Shown piece by piece: positions 19,092 through 28,375 of a DNA stretch of 64,000 nucleotides. The stretch lies in contig JAJDYY010000002.1 of NCBI GenBank assembly GCA_022824965.1, positions 58,929-122,928 on the forward strand, in the 5' to 3' direction. Made by a program: the position numbers and the translations under genes. The stretch comes from Gammaproteobacteria bacterium. Lineage in GTDB: Bacteria; Pseudomonadota; Gammaproteobacteria; UBA4575. Position 1 is the first letter of the stretch; every line of letters begins with the position of its first letter. Under the pieces are notes generated by a model, which was given only the letters and a program-made list of their open reading frames with translations, made no database searches and was not told the origin of the DNA.

Positions 19092-19913
19092 TCACTGGCC
19101 TGAAAAAAGCAGTATTTCTCCCCGATTGAGCTCCACCGCGTCTCCACTGTACCGGTCATACTTTCCATTGATATGCTTGTCCGTGATTTTTTCTCCAAAC
19201 CCATGTTCCTGCAACCTGATCAGATAGAGACGCAGGAACAATGGCTGATATCTACACGAATACTCGAAACTAGGCAATATCTGGGACTCTCCGAAACAGG
19301 CGACGGTGCCGCGCACCATGCCCGCACCCGTGCGCACACCCGTGTTGCCCATCACGACAATGGTCCCTGCTCGCATGCTTACCGCGGTAAAATCTCCAGC
19401 ATCCCCGCCGATCGCGATGAATCCACGGCGCATGGAGTTACCGACTTCATTCTTGACATTGCCATGGATGAAGATTTCACCACCCGTAATGCCCGTCGAC
19501 TGTCCCCTGAAGGCGCCGCCAACCATATGACCGGCATCACCAAACACTGTAATTCGCCCCCCGGACATCTCCGGCCCTACCCAGTCCGTAGCATCTCCCT
19601 TGACCAGGATCTCACCGCCGGACATCCCGATGCCTACATGCATGCCGACATTTCCCTCGATGATCACACGGCCTTCTGCCATGCCGGCACCAATCATTTT
19701 CACCCTGGAAAGGTCACCTTCGATGTGAATATCCGGAGTTCCCCTTCCCGTGACCTTGAAAAAATCACCGACCTTGGCCTTGACGTTTCCGTGCATCACC
19801 TGCAGGTGTTCGATTCCCAGTTCCGACAGCCCCGCAATCGAAGCAGGACTCAGGGTCTCCGCCTCCAATGGGACCTGTGGTTCCGTGTGCATATGCAGCA
19901 ATGTAGTACTCAT
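19092..19913 (-). CDS. fwdC: Formylmethanofuran dehydrogenase subunit C
   Basis: Repeated G..M..G.I.V.G beta-helix motifs; MRRG; operon context. Confidence 0.93.
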   Translation of the reverse strand: MSTTLLHMHTEPQVPLEAETLSPASIAGLSELGIEHLQVMHGNVKAKVGDFFKVTGRGTPDIHIEGDLSRVKMIGAGMAEGRVIIEGNVGMHVGIGMSGGEILVKGDATDWVGPEMSGGRITVFGDAGHMVGGAFRGQSTGITGGEIFIHGNVKNEVGNSMRRGFIAIGGDAGDFTAVSMRAGTIVVMGNTGVRTGAGMVRGTVACFGESQILPSFEYSCRYQPLFLRLYLIRLQEHGFGEKITDKHINGKYDRYSGDAVELNRGEILLFSGQ

Positions 19914-19950
19914 ACCAGACTACTTGTAATTTTATTTATAATCAATTGTT

Positions 19951-20847
19951 CTATTTAAGGATATCATGCAGGTGAAACTTGTATTTTCCAAGTTCTCCTC
20001 CGTAATTTCCCGCAGTAATGATCAGGGTTCCTCTTGACGCTGCCGCGTGGATGCCACGGCGCATGGCCTGCTTGACTACCTCCTCGTTCAAGCCGTCCAC
20101 GACAATCTCGTACCCGGCCGCCACGTTTTCCGGAAGCGTTTCCTGGCCTGAAATCGAACGCAAGGTGGGGCAGTACCTGTCATTGGTCGAGGCGATCATG
20201 GACTTGTAACGCGAACCGACCTTGCTGCCAGACCCCACGACTCCCTGGGGAAACGGCAGGAATACCCCCGCCACCTCACGCATGGCATTGCTCGCCGCGG
20301 TCGCTGCACGCAGTGCAATCCGCTGGCTTGTCCCCAGAATAATCAGGTTTCCGCCGCCCACGGCAGGCTGGATTCCAAAGGACTCCTCGACGATAAACTC
20401 ACCTTCCATGACCGGGATTCTCCACATTCGGCGGCCATCTATGAGTTTGCTGATCTGGTATCCATCTCCGAAAAAGCGCAGCTTCCCACCTACGGAAACC
20501 GTCTTCTCGGATTCCAGCCCATTGTATGCAGCCGTTGTGGGACAGGTCATGACACACTGGCCGATCCGGTCAATCAACTGACCTGCAATTGCCTTGCTGC
20601 TCATGGTGAACAGCAACACGCTGACGCCAGGGCGTCGGTCTGGAGTAGCCTCCGGAGGGACTTCACACTCGACCGCTGCTTCTAGCTTGCAGCGGATAAC
20701 CGAGGTGGCGAACCCGGTCATGGATGCCGCCGCGGCGCGCGCCCACTGCTTGGTGTCCGCCGTAATGACGACACGCGCACCCCACATCCCGAAAGCCTCC
20801 GCAAAGGTATCCGTGATTTCCGTTTTCTTGATGCGCATGACTTTCAT
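19951..20847 (-). CDS. ftr: Formylmethanofuran:H4MPT formyltransferase
   Basis: DTFAEAF, TGFATSVI, TPD.RPG, GQCVMTCPT, SGSKVGS, AGNYGG motifs. Confidence 0.96.
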   Translation of the reverse strand: MKVMRIKKTEITDTFAEAFGMWGARVVITADTKQWARAAAASMTGFATSVIRCKLEAAVECEVPPEATPDRRPGVSVLLFTMSSKAIAGQLIDRIGQCVMTCPTTAAYNGLESEKTVSVGGKLRFFGDGYQISKLIDGRRMWRIPVMEGEFIVEESFGIQPAVGGGNLIILGTSQRIALRAATAASNAMREVAGVFLPFPQGVVGSGSKVGSRYKSMIASTNDRYCPTLRSISGQETLPENVAAGYEIVVDGLNEEVVKQAMRRGIHAAASRGTLIITAGNYGGELGKYKFHLHDILK

Positions 20848-22490
20848 GACTTCGGATGGGTCGGGACCTCCTCGTGGTCATGAAGATAATCTTCACTGAT
20901 TGCATAGTTACCGAATTTGACCGAGTAGTAATCTTCAAAGAAAGGTTCAATTTCAGCTGCAATATCTTCGTTGTATCCCGGCTTGGAATGCAGAATCTTT
21001 CCTTTGTGGTCAGTCGCAAATTCGTGGTCCTTGATAACCATGGTGCCGTCCTTGATTACATACCGGGGGGCATTGAACATCTGCTCCCGGTCCTCGTCTT
21101 CCGTATAGATCGTGACATCCGCATCAGCGCCTATACCCAGATGCCCCTTGTTTTTCAGGCCCAAAGCCCTCGCCGGACCCGCTCTGGTAATGATCGCGAT
21201 CTCATTCAGCGTGTACTCGCGATCCAGTTCCGGAAGTACTGTCTGGGCGACTGCCTTCTGATTGACATGCTGTAACGCCTCTTTCCTGTAGGCACTGTCC
21301 ATCAATAGCTTGATCAATTTGGGATAGTTCATGAAGGAACCACCGTTGGGGTGGTCGGTAGACAGCAGGACACGCCACGGGTCTTTCGACATCAGAAACA
21401 ACTCCAGGCCCATGGCCCACTGCAAGGTGTGGGTGTAGATGCTCTCCTGATAACTGAAAGGAATGATGCCGCAACCACTTTCACACTCCGTGTCTGCGTT
21501 CACCCACTTGTCAAACTTGACGTTGCGCAGCATCCAGGCAAGCGGAGCGTCTGCTGTCATTGCCGTAGCCTTGCCAAACATGACCTGGCCCACGTCCGCC
21601 GTGATGTTTTCATGATCGTTGATGTAATTGATGATTTCCTGGGCACCGGATACCGGATTCTTGTTCAACTCCCCGCCAAAACTGTGGAACTGTACATGGG
21701 CTATGTGCGCACGCCGGCCCTGTGCTGCTTTCATGGTATCGAGGGTCGTGCTGATGTTGCCACTGTGTCCCAGGTTGTTGCAGTGTATGTGGGGTGGATG
21801 AGGCAGCCCCAGTTCATGCGCAGCCTCGATGAAGCTTTCCATCACGAACGCTGGCGTGATGTCATAGTGATCAATCTGCTCGTTTACATCCGTAATGTTG
21901 GCATTCTTTCGGCCTTTCCAGAGTTCATCGCTGCCTGTGTTCACCAGCTTGACCGTGTAGGCATGCACTGAATTCACCCACCACGCAATGGCTTCCTTGA
22001 ATTCCTTTTTCCGCCCTTCCTTCAGCAGTTTGTACAAAAATGCATTGTTGCCGAGCAGTACATAGAAACCCTTGTCTACCACCGGGGTGTCATCGAGCTC
22101 TTCGAGTACATGCCTTGCGGTAATGGGTGGAACTGCCGCTTCCATCGCGGTGGTGTAGCCCATGGTGGCGTAGCGGTAGCCTGTGGCAAAGGTCGAGGGT
22201 ACGATGCCACCGGTCCCGGAACGGGTCACCGCGGTTTTCGGGTGAACATCCAGGCGATGATCTTCTGGCATCAGCTTTCGTGCGAGGTTGACCTTGGGTC
22301 CGGCAATGTGGCAATGGATGTCAATTGCACCGGGCATCACGACCATGCCGCGTGCATCGATCCTGGAAGCGGATTTGGAAACGGATTCCACGATCTTTCC
22401 ATCTCTCACGCACAGGTCCTGGATACTGCCATCGACATTGTTGGCAGGATCGTATACACGCCCGTTCGAGATTTTTAATTCAGATGGCAT
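20844..22490 (-). CDS. fwdA: Formylmethanofuran dehydrogenase subunit A (amidohydrolase)
   Basis: DIHCHIAG, KLVN, HIHCNNLG, HVQFH, TDHPNGG, TRAGPA metal-binding motifs. Confidence 0.96.
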   Translation of the reverse strand: MPSELKISNGRVYDPANNVDGSIQDLCVRDGKIVESVSKSASRIDARGMVVMPGAIDIHCHIAGPKVNLARKLMPEDHRLDVHPKTAVTRSGTGGIVPSTFATGYRYATMGYTTAMEAAVPPITARHVLEELDDTPVVDKGFYVLLGNNAFLYKLLKEGRKKEFKEAIAWWVNSVHAYTVKLVNTGSDELWKGRKNANITDVNEQIDHYDITPAFVMESFIEAAHELGLPHPPHIHCNNLGHSGNISTTLDTMKAAQGRRAHIAHVQFHSFGGELNKNPVSGAQEIINYINDHENITADVGQVMFGKATAMTADAPLAWMLRNVKFDKWVNADTECESGCGIIPFSYQESIYTHTLQWAMGLELFLMSKDPWRVLLSTDHPNGGSFMNYPKLIKLLMDSAYRKEALQHVNQKAVAQTVLPELDREYTLNEIAIITRAGPARALGLKNKGHLGIGADADVTIYTEDEDREQMFNAPRYVIKDGTMVIKDHEFATDHKGKILHSKPGYNEDIAAEIEPFFEDYYSVKFGNYAISEDYLHDHEEVPTHPKS

Positions 22491-22554
22491 GTTCTGATTA
22501 TCCTTTGAACAAAACTATTGCTATCCGGCAAGACGGTTGTTGGAAGATGTTTTG

Positions 22555-23916
22555 TTAAGCCGCAACCCTGGCCTTGCTGCCTGAAAGGATTTTTTTCACG
22601 CGCTTGCGTATTCCCTCCAGGATTTCCTGGTCTGTCGGGAAGGGAGAATCAAACGCTGGTCGCAGGGATATTGGGACATCATCCATCCTGTACACCGTTC
22701 CGCCGGTATTGATCCCGTAGGTCGCCACTGCAAAACGCACCCTGGAAAGTCGGGTGGTATGGGTCTCTTTCACGTCCATGGAAATGACCGGTATTTTTTC
22801 CAGATGCTCAATGGCTTTCTTGGGGAAGTTGGATGCCGGGTCCGAGGCAACGATCATCGCAGCGTCAGCTTCACCCCTGGCAAGCACATCGCTGGTCGTA
22901 AATTCACCCGGGTTGAACCTCGGGTATCCCCGGTTGAAGTTGACGCCAAATGGATATCCCGTCTGCCATGCAACGACGTTGTCTGCACCGGTTACGTTGC
23001 CATGACCTCGAACGGGCTTGGCCACGAAGTGGGTAAATTCATTGAGATCGGATGCCAGGGAATAGACTGCACCGGAATTGAAGTGCCTTCCTCGGGTCAT
23101 GGTCAGGCCCATACCCATGAACAGCACCCCAAACTGGCAGTTCTTCATGCGCTGTACCAGGTCATCCAGTGTTTCCCGGGGCACACCGGTCTGCTCTTCA
23201 ATGTCCTCGCTGATTTTCCTTCCCTTGACGAGAGCACGCAACGCCCAGAGCAACTCAAAGTCCTTGCCGGGTTTGACCCGCACGAAGATGTCCGCCACGG
23301 GAGTACTGGGTGTCTTGCGCACATCGATCAGAACTACGGTGCGATCCTTTTTGCCGTTCGGGATGAACATGCCTTTCGGGGTCACAGCATAACGCGTGAA
23401 GTGACGGGGGTGGGATTCAGCCGGGTTGCCGCCCCAGTAAATCACCAGGTCGGCGCGGTTTTTGATCTCCCCCAGAGTGGCTGTACTTTCACCTACACCC
23501 TGAAAAGCCATGCCCGATGGACCGTGGCATACCGAAGTCGTAGTATCGATATTGCCGTTGATAGTATCCATGATATCCACTGCCACGCGCTGGGCTTCAC
23601 ACGGGCAGTCACTGAGCCCGTAGGTGATGGGAAATTTTGCGTCCACAAGAATCCGGGCGGCCTCGTCCAGGCCCTCATCCAAACTGGCTTCCTTGCCATC
23701 AATCAGCACTACCGGGCGCTCTTCCAGCGTGTGCTCGTAAAACCAGGCCCGTCCAAGCACACATGCCCTCTTGGCCTTGGTGATACGGTGTGCGTCCAGG
23801 TCGACAGTTAGCTCCATGTCATCACAGACACAACCGCAAAACGTGCAGGTCGCATCTTTTACAATCCTGATATTCTTGCTTTCCTTGGGCTTGGCTTTGG
23901 CTGCTGCTTCTGGCAT
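22555..23916 (-). CDS. fwdB: Formylmethanofuran dehydrogenase subunit B with intact Fe-S and Mo/W site motifs
   Basis: CTFCGCVCDD...RAC, SVCHGP, GEIKNRAD, HPRH, RGHGNVTG, WQTGYP, YRMD. Confidence 0.95.
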   Translation of the reverse strand: MPEAAAKAKPKESKNIRIVKDATCTFCGCVCDDMELTVDLDAHRITKAKRACVLGRAWFYEHTLEERPVVLIDGKEASLDEGLDEAARILVDAKFPITYGLSDCPCEAQRVAVDIMDTINGNIDTTTSVCHGPSGMAFQGVGESTATLGEIKNRADLVIYWGGNPAESHPRHFTRYAVTPKGMFIPNGKKDRTVVLIDVRKTPSTPVADIFVRVKPGKDFELLWALRALVKGRKISEDIEEQTGVPRETLDDLVQRMKNCQFGVLFMGMGLTMTRGRHFNSGAVYSLASDLNEFTHFVAKPVRGHGNVTGADNVVAWQTGYPFGVNFNRGYPRFNPGEFTTSDVLARGEADAAMIVASDPASNFPKKAIEHLEKIPVISMDVKETHTTRLSRVRFAVATYGINTGGTVYRMDDVPISLRPAFDSPFPTDQEILEGIRKRVKKILSGSKARVAA

Positions 23917-23953
23917 GGAGTATCCTCAACTAACGTGAATCGGTGGCCTTGGA

Positions 23954-24298
23954 TCAACCTTTCACTTTGGTCACTTCGACTTGCATATGCTTTGACATCG
24001 GCATTCCAGAGGCTGCTGTATCTGAGCCCATCAACTGGCTTGAAGAAGGTCCATAGGGGATGAAAATCATTCCCGAGGGCAGGTCTTCTTCTTTTTTGCC
24101 TGTACACGTGACCACGGCCTGTCCCACGTCTGATTTTAGCCGAATCTTATCGCCGTTACTAAGCTTCAGCCGACGCATGTCCTGCTCGTTCAGTTCCGCT
24201 GTGGTTGTTACAGCCAGATACTCATCCTTGAGCTTGCCCTTGTTCAGCGATGTGCCCTGTTTTTGTGAGCGTCCGGGTACTAGTATCATCGTTTCCAC
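23954..24298 (-). CDS. fwdD: Formylmethanofuran dehydrogenase subunit D (molybdopterin dinucleotide-binding domain)
   Basis: GRS.KQG...GK and FIPYGP...T..SGMP..K motifs; first gene of the fwd run. Confidence 0.88.
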   Translation of the reverse strand: METMILVPGRSQKQGTSLNKGKLKDEYLAVTTTAELNEQDMRRLKLSNGDKIRLKSDVGQAVVTCTGKKEEDLPSGMIFIPYGPSSSQLMGSDTAASGMPMSKHMQVEVTKVKG

Positions 24299-24560
24299 TG
24301 TGCATGTATCCTCGAATGCTGAGTGAAGACTGATTTCAGTAGAAGAGAAAATGGAGAAGCGGTTCAGTTCATCGACCCTAAATCCGCCCGTTGCCCGCCA
24401 GACCTTCGATCCGGCGGTTGTGTGCTAACTCTGCAACTGTCGACTGCCTCCATATTCTACTGCATTTCCCGGCAAGATACCCTCTAAAAGTTGCTGACTG
24501 CACCTTCGGCAGCCTTCCCCGGGAGACCAGAGTCGGCCAGGTCAACGGCTTGGCTGCAGG

Positions 24561-25784
24561 CTACCTCAGATCGATCCTAAGTGAAATTGTACCGAAATAG
24601 CCAAAAGCATCCGAGTACGCGATACGTGCCGCGGAGTGAGGCTGTCCGCTGGCCAGACTCTCACCGTGTCTTGCATAGCGCATTACCGGAGCCCGGGACA
24701 GGTATTCGCCACCGACAGCCAGCCGCAAGACCAGGTTCTCAAACAAGTTCACGCTCAGGGAGGTCTCCAAGCTCAGCGTTGCAGCCAGTTCCGAATCATC
24801 GTCCTCCCAGTCCGTCAACTCATCCAGAACAGGTTCAGCAGAAGACAGCAGTGTTCTTTGTGAACCCTCGTACTCGGAATCGAGATAAAAGAGTCCCAGT
24901 TTGCCGTCGACCATCAGTTGCCAGCGCTGCCTGAACGGGACCTCGATGCGGCCACCGAAGTCCGCACCGTAATATGAGGCCTTCAAGTCTTCTTCCAGGG
25001 TCAGGCTGTTGACCCCCGGATCCCGGTTGGACTCATAGGCGAAGGTTTCGGATTCCTGCTCCAGTCTCCTGAAGCTGGGTCCGGCATATAGCCTGGACCG
25101 GACCTGCCCTGTTTGTGAGAACAATATTCCGGTTATAAGACCGAGGCCATGGTAATCGACCTTGCGTTCAGTCCTGACCCGGATCGGATCACCCCAGGCG
25201 AAATTCGGGGCTCCGAAAGGGATTTCGCCACCGTCAATCCTGCCGATCCAGCCAACGGAGCGGACATGCGGGTCGTTCTTGATAAGCGAAACGAGGTGCT
25301 GCTCGGTCTCGGCCGTAATGCATGCTCCGAGTTCAGTCCCCTGGGGGCAGTACTGATTCTCGAACTGGATCCGCACCTCGGTCCAGGGTGCGGCATCCTC
25401 ACTGTAATCGTTGGTGTGTGTCGAGCTGTACGAGATGAGAAAACCGCTGAACTCGGTGAACAGGTCTTTCCCGAGGGCATGATAGTTGCGCCCGACTGTC
25501 AATTGAGCCCGTGACCCGGACCGGAATTCAGCATCATAGTGCTCGAGAAAACCGACAACCTCTTCGCTTCCGTTCGTCCTGACAAAAGGGCTGGATTCAG
25601 GCAAGTCAAGGAAATGCACGCCCCCATCTGCTTGCAGGTAGAAGGCATCTCCAGTCGGGTCATTGGGTGGTACGGCATGGGCCTGCAGACAAAGCAGGAC
25701 AAGAAGAAAAACAGCCACACACCGGAGGCCGGGGAACGACAGTGTTTTTCTCAAGTACAGCATCATCATGACAAACTTCGACAA
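24561..25784 (-). CDS. Exported hypothetical protein, probable outer-membrane beta-barrel
   Basis: Signal peptide ending AHA; alternating hydrophobic strands, C-terminal YFGTISLRIDLR; start uncertain. Confidence 0.6.
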   Translation of the reverse strand: MSKFVMMMLYLRKTLSFPGLRCVAVFLLVLLCLQAHAVPPNDPTGDAFYLQADGGVHFLDLPESSPFVRTNGSEEVVGFLEHYDAEFRSGSRAQLTVGRNYHALGKDLFTEFSGFLISYSSTHTNDYSEDAAPWTEVRIQFENQYCPQGTELGACITAETEQHLVSLIKNDPHVRSVGWIGRIDGGEIPFGAPNFAWGDPIRVRTERKVDYHGLGLITGILFSQTGQVRSRLYAGPSFRRLEQESETFAYESNRDPGVNSLTLEEDLKASYYGADFGGRIEVPFRQRWQLMVDGKLGLFYLDSEYEGSQRTLLSSAEPVLDELTDWEDDDSELAATLSLETSLSVNLFENLVLRLAVGGEYLSRAPVMRYARHGESLASGQPHSAARIAYSDAFGYFGTISLRIDLR

Positions 25785-26004
25785 TCCCGCAGCGTTGACA
25801 CAAACTCATCGCCGGATAGTATCCAGTGCATTGCAGCGACTTTCAGGCAGTTTCATCGCCACGCCGACAGCCATTGAATATGCCACATACCGTCTGCAGA
25901 TACACTATTGCGCCGATAAGCTGGTATAATCCTACGCACAAATAACAGGCTTATGCTACAAGCAGACCACTGCTGAAAATAACACTAATCAGGAGAAGCG
26001 AATC

Positions 26005-26277
26005 ATGCCAAGATATTTGATCGAACGTGAAATTCCCGGGGCCGGCGATCTGAACGGTGACGACCTCAAGGGTATTTCTCAAAAATCGTGCAGCATTCTA
26101 AAGGAAATGGGCCCGCAGATTCAGTGGGTAGAAAGCTATGTGACCGATGACAAGGTCTATTGCACCTATATTGCACCTAACGAGGATGAAATACGCAAGC
26201 ACGCAGAAGAAGGCGGATTTCCGGCAAATAAGATTGCTGAAATCAAGAATGTAATCAGTCCAACGACTGCGGAATAG
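26005..26277 (+). CDS. DUF4242 (SCO4226-like) protein
   Basis: MPRYLIER.IPG, W..SYV..DK.YC.Y.AP, H...GFPA motifs; AGGAG RBS. Confidence 0.85.
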   Translation: MPRYLIEREIPGAGDLNGDDLKGISQKSCSILKEMGPQIQWVESYVTDDKVYCTYIAPNEDEIRKHAEEGGFPANKIAEIKNVISPTTAE

Positions 26278-26355
26278 CGCGTTTCCGAAATTCAATCACA
26301 AGTGACCACTCTGTCCACCGGGTTTCTGCGTGGGCAGAGTCACGTGCCTTTGCAG

Positions 26356-26985
26356 TCAGTCTGAAAGTAACTCGCGTTCCTTGTCCCCGCGGGGATTCAG
26401 ACCCAGGGACGCTTTCAGATATTCCAGAAAGGACGAAGCCCCGGAGTGTGTCCCATCGGCTTCCACCACGGGCGGGTTGCCGGACATCACCTTCGTGATG
26501 AACCTGACCACTTCCGCTGAATCCCACTCACGCTCCCCTACTGCCCTGTAGATAATTCTGCCCTCCGGACTGACGAGGAAGGTCGTAGGCAGGCCCAGCA
26601 CACCCCAGTTCGAAAGTTCCATATTCAGGTCAACAAGAATGGTGAATTCCACCGGCACCTGGTTCAAGAATTTTTTTATACTGTCCAGGCTCGGACCGAC
26701 ATGCACACCAACGACCTCAAGGCCGGCGTGATTCAGTTCCTTGTGCAGATTATCCAGGGCCGGCATCTCTTTGCGACAAGGCGCGCACCACGTGGCCCAA
26801 AAGTTCAGCAACACGAACTTGTCCCGGTAGTCGCCTAGAGCCACGCTCGTTCCATCAAGGGTCTCCAGCGTAAAATCCTCTGCTATCGGTTGGGCCGAGA
26901 CAGGCCCCATGGGCGCCCTGGCATGCGCTGTACACAAACAAAAATACAGTAGTCCACACAGACACCACCCGATCGTTCTCATCAT
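26356..26985 (-). CDS. TlpA-family thiol:disulfide reductase
   Basis: LNFWATWCAPCRKEMP, LPTTF motifs; signal peptide. Confidence 0.9.
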   Translation of the reverse strand: MMRTIGWCLCGLLYFCLCTAHARAPMGPVSAQPIAEDFTLETLDGTSVALGDYRDKFVLLNFWATWCAPCRKEMPALDNLHKELNHAGLEVVGVHVGPSLDSIKKFLNQVPVEFTILVDLNMELSNWGVLGLPTTFLVSPEGRIIYRAVGEREWDSAEVVRFITKVMSGNPPVVEADGTHSGASSFLEYLKASLGLNPRGDKERELLSD

Positions 26986-27025
26986 TGTTGCAAGGGTTCC
27001 TTATATAGAGTTTTGGAATTCGGGA

Positions 27026-28375
27026 TCAGTATTTCAACTTGTTCTTGTGTGTCCAGTCGGGATCATCCTTGCTGACGTCACCGATCGGTGCGGCAAAGGC
27101 ATCGGTTACCAGTATAGGGACATTGCCGCCCGTCAGTGATCGCAGGAAAGCAAGCAAATCCTCAATCTCGGAATCCGTCAGGTTCAGTGGCCGAATCAGG
27201 GGGCTGAGCAACTCGTTGGGGATTCCGCCCCGATTGTAGAAATCCAGGACCTCACGCAGCGTGTGAAACGAACCATTGTGCATGTAAGGTGCCGTCAGAG
27301 CGACATTCCTCAGGGATGGGGTGCGAAACTTCCAGCGATCGTTCGGATCCTCGGTCACCTCGTACAGGCCCAGGTCGTTCTTCTCGAATCTGGAAACCGA
27401 ATTGATCACGCTGTTTTCAAGCTCAGTGAAAATCCCGGGCGCCAGTTGCACCCTCGTGGTTCCGGAATCGCGGCCCATGGACACTTCGTACCCCAAACCG
27501 GTGTTGTGCAACCGATCATCCGTGAACAGGGCATGCTCTTTCTGGACCAGATGACAGCTGCTGCATGCCCCCTTGCCGGTAAACAGCCTGAAACCACGTT
27601 TGACCTGATCACTGACTGCATTTTTTTCCTTGCCGTAGTACCAGCGGTCGAACGGTGAGTCGGCTGCATTGAGAGTCCGCTGATAACTGGCCAGGGCCAT
27701 ACCGATCGTTTCCATGGTCGGGCCGCGGCCATGGAATACCTCTTCAAACAAACCATCATATTCATCGATTGCATTGATTTTATTGATCACGTAGCCGATC
27801 GACGGATTGGCCATTTCGTTGCGTGCGAGAAATGGTGCCCACACCTGCTGCTCCAGAGTGGATTCACGCCCGTCATGGAAGATCTTGCCGAAGTAGGCCA
27901 CATTGTAAATTGTCGGTGTATTGCGCTTGCCGGAACGGCCTTCGACACCGACCGCTGTCTCAAGCTCATTGTTGGTAAATCCCTGCTCCGGGATATGACA
28001 CATGGCGCAGGAGAACGTGTTGTTGATCGAAAGACGACGGTCAAAAAACAACTTTCTTCCCAGCAGAATCTTTTTCGCCGTAAGTGGATTATCTGCAGGT
28101 ACAGGCACCGGTGGAAGTCCCAGCGGCGGCTGCTCGGCGAATTTGATGAGTTCGGCCTCCTTTCCAATGCGGTTCAGCAAATCCAGCGTGCTGGTGGTGT
28201 AATCGGCAGATTCATAGCCGTGTTTGACATCTCCCGGTCCGAATATCGCCCGATTCTGCAACTCGGGTGCATCTGCAGAGCCCCGAGACGCAGTAGCTGA
28301 AAAGAGCGAAAGTGCAGCAGCGAAAACGACCAGGGCGTTGATGACCAACACGGCCTTGTTCATGCGATTCATCAC
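27026..28375 (-). CDS. MauG-like di-haem cytochrome c peroxidase family (probable MtoX maturation)
   Basis: CAMCH and CSSCH haem motifs, RNTPT, FRTPSLRNV..TAPYMHNG; context with mtoX. Confidence 0.88.
   Translation of the reverse strand: MMNRMNKAVLVINALVVFAAALSLFSATASRGSADAPELQNRAIFGPGDVKHGYESADYTTSTLDLLNRIGKEAELIKFAEQPPLGLPPVPVPADNPLTAKKILLGRKLFFDRRLSINNTFSCAMCHIPEQGFTNNELETAVGVEGRSGKRNTPTIYNVAYFGKIFHDGRESTLEQQVWAPFLARNEMANPSIGYVINKINAIDEYDGLFEEVFHGRGPTMETIGMALASYQRTLNAADSPFDRWYYGKEKNAVSDQVKRGFRLFTGKGACSSCHLVQKEHALFTDDRLHNTGLGYEVSMGRDSGTTRVQLAPGIFTELENSVINSVSRFEKNDLGLYEVTEDPNDRWKFRTPSLRNVALTAPYMHNGSFHTLREVLDFYNRGGIPNELLSPLIRPLNLTDSEIEDLLAFLRSLTGGNVPILVTDAFAAPIGDVSKDDPDWTHKNKLKY

Noticed and set aside
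23521-23535. Selenocysteine at the FwdB metal ligand
   Set aside because: The codon is TGC (Cys) and the frame has no internal TGA.
22759-23811. Long antisense ORFs (also 15753-16784 and 35410-36327)
   Set aside because: They lie opposite well-supported genes and have no motifs; expected from codon bias.
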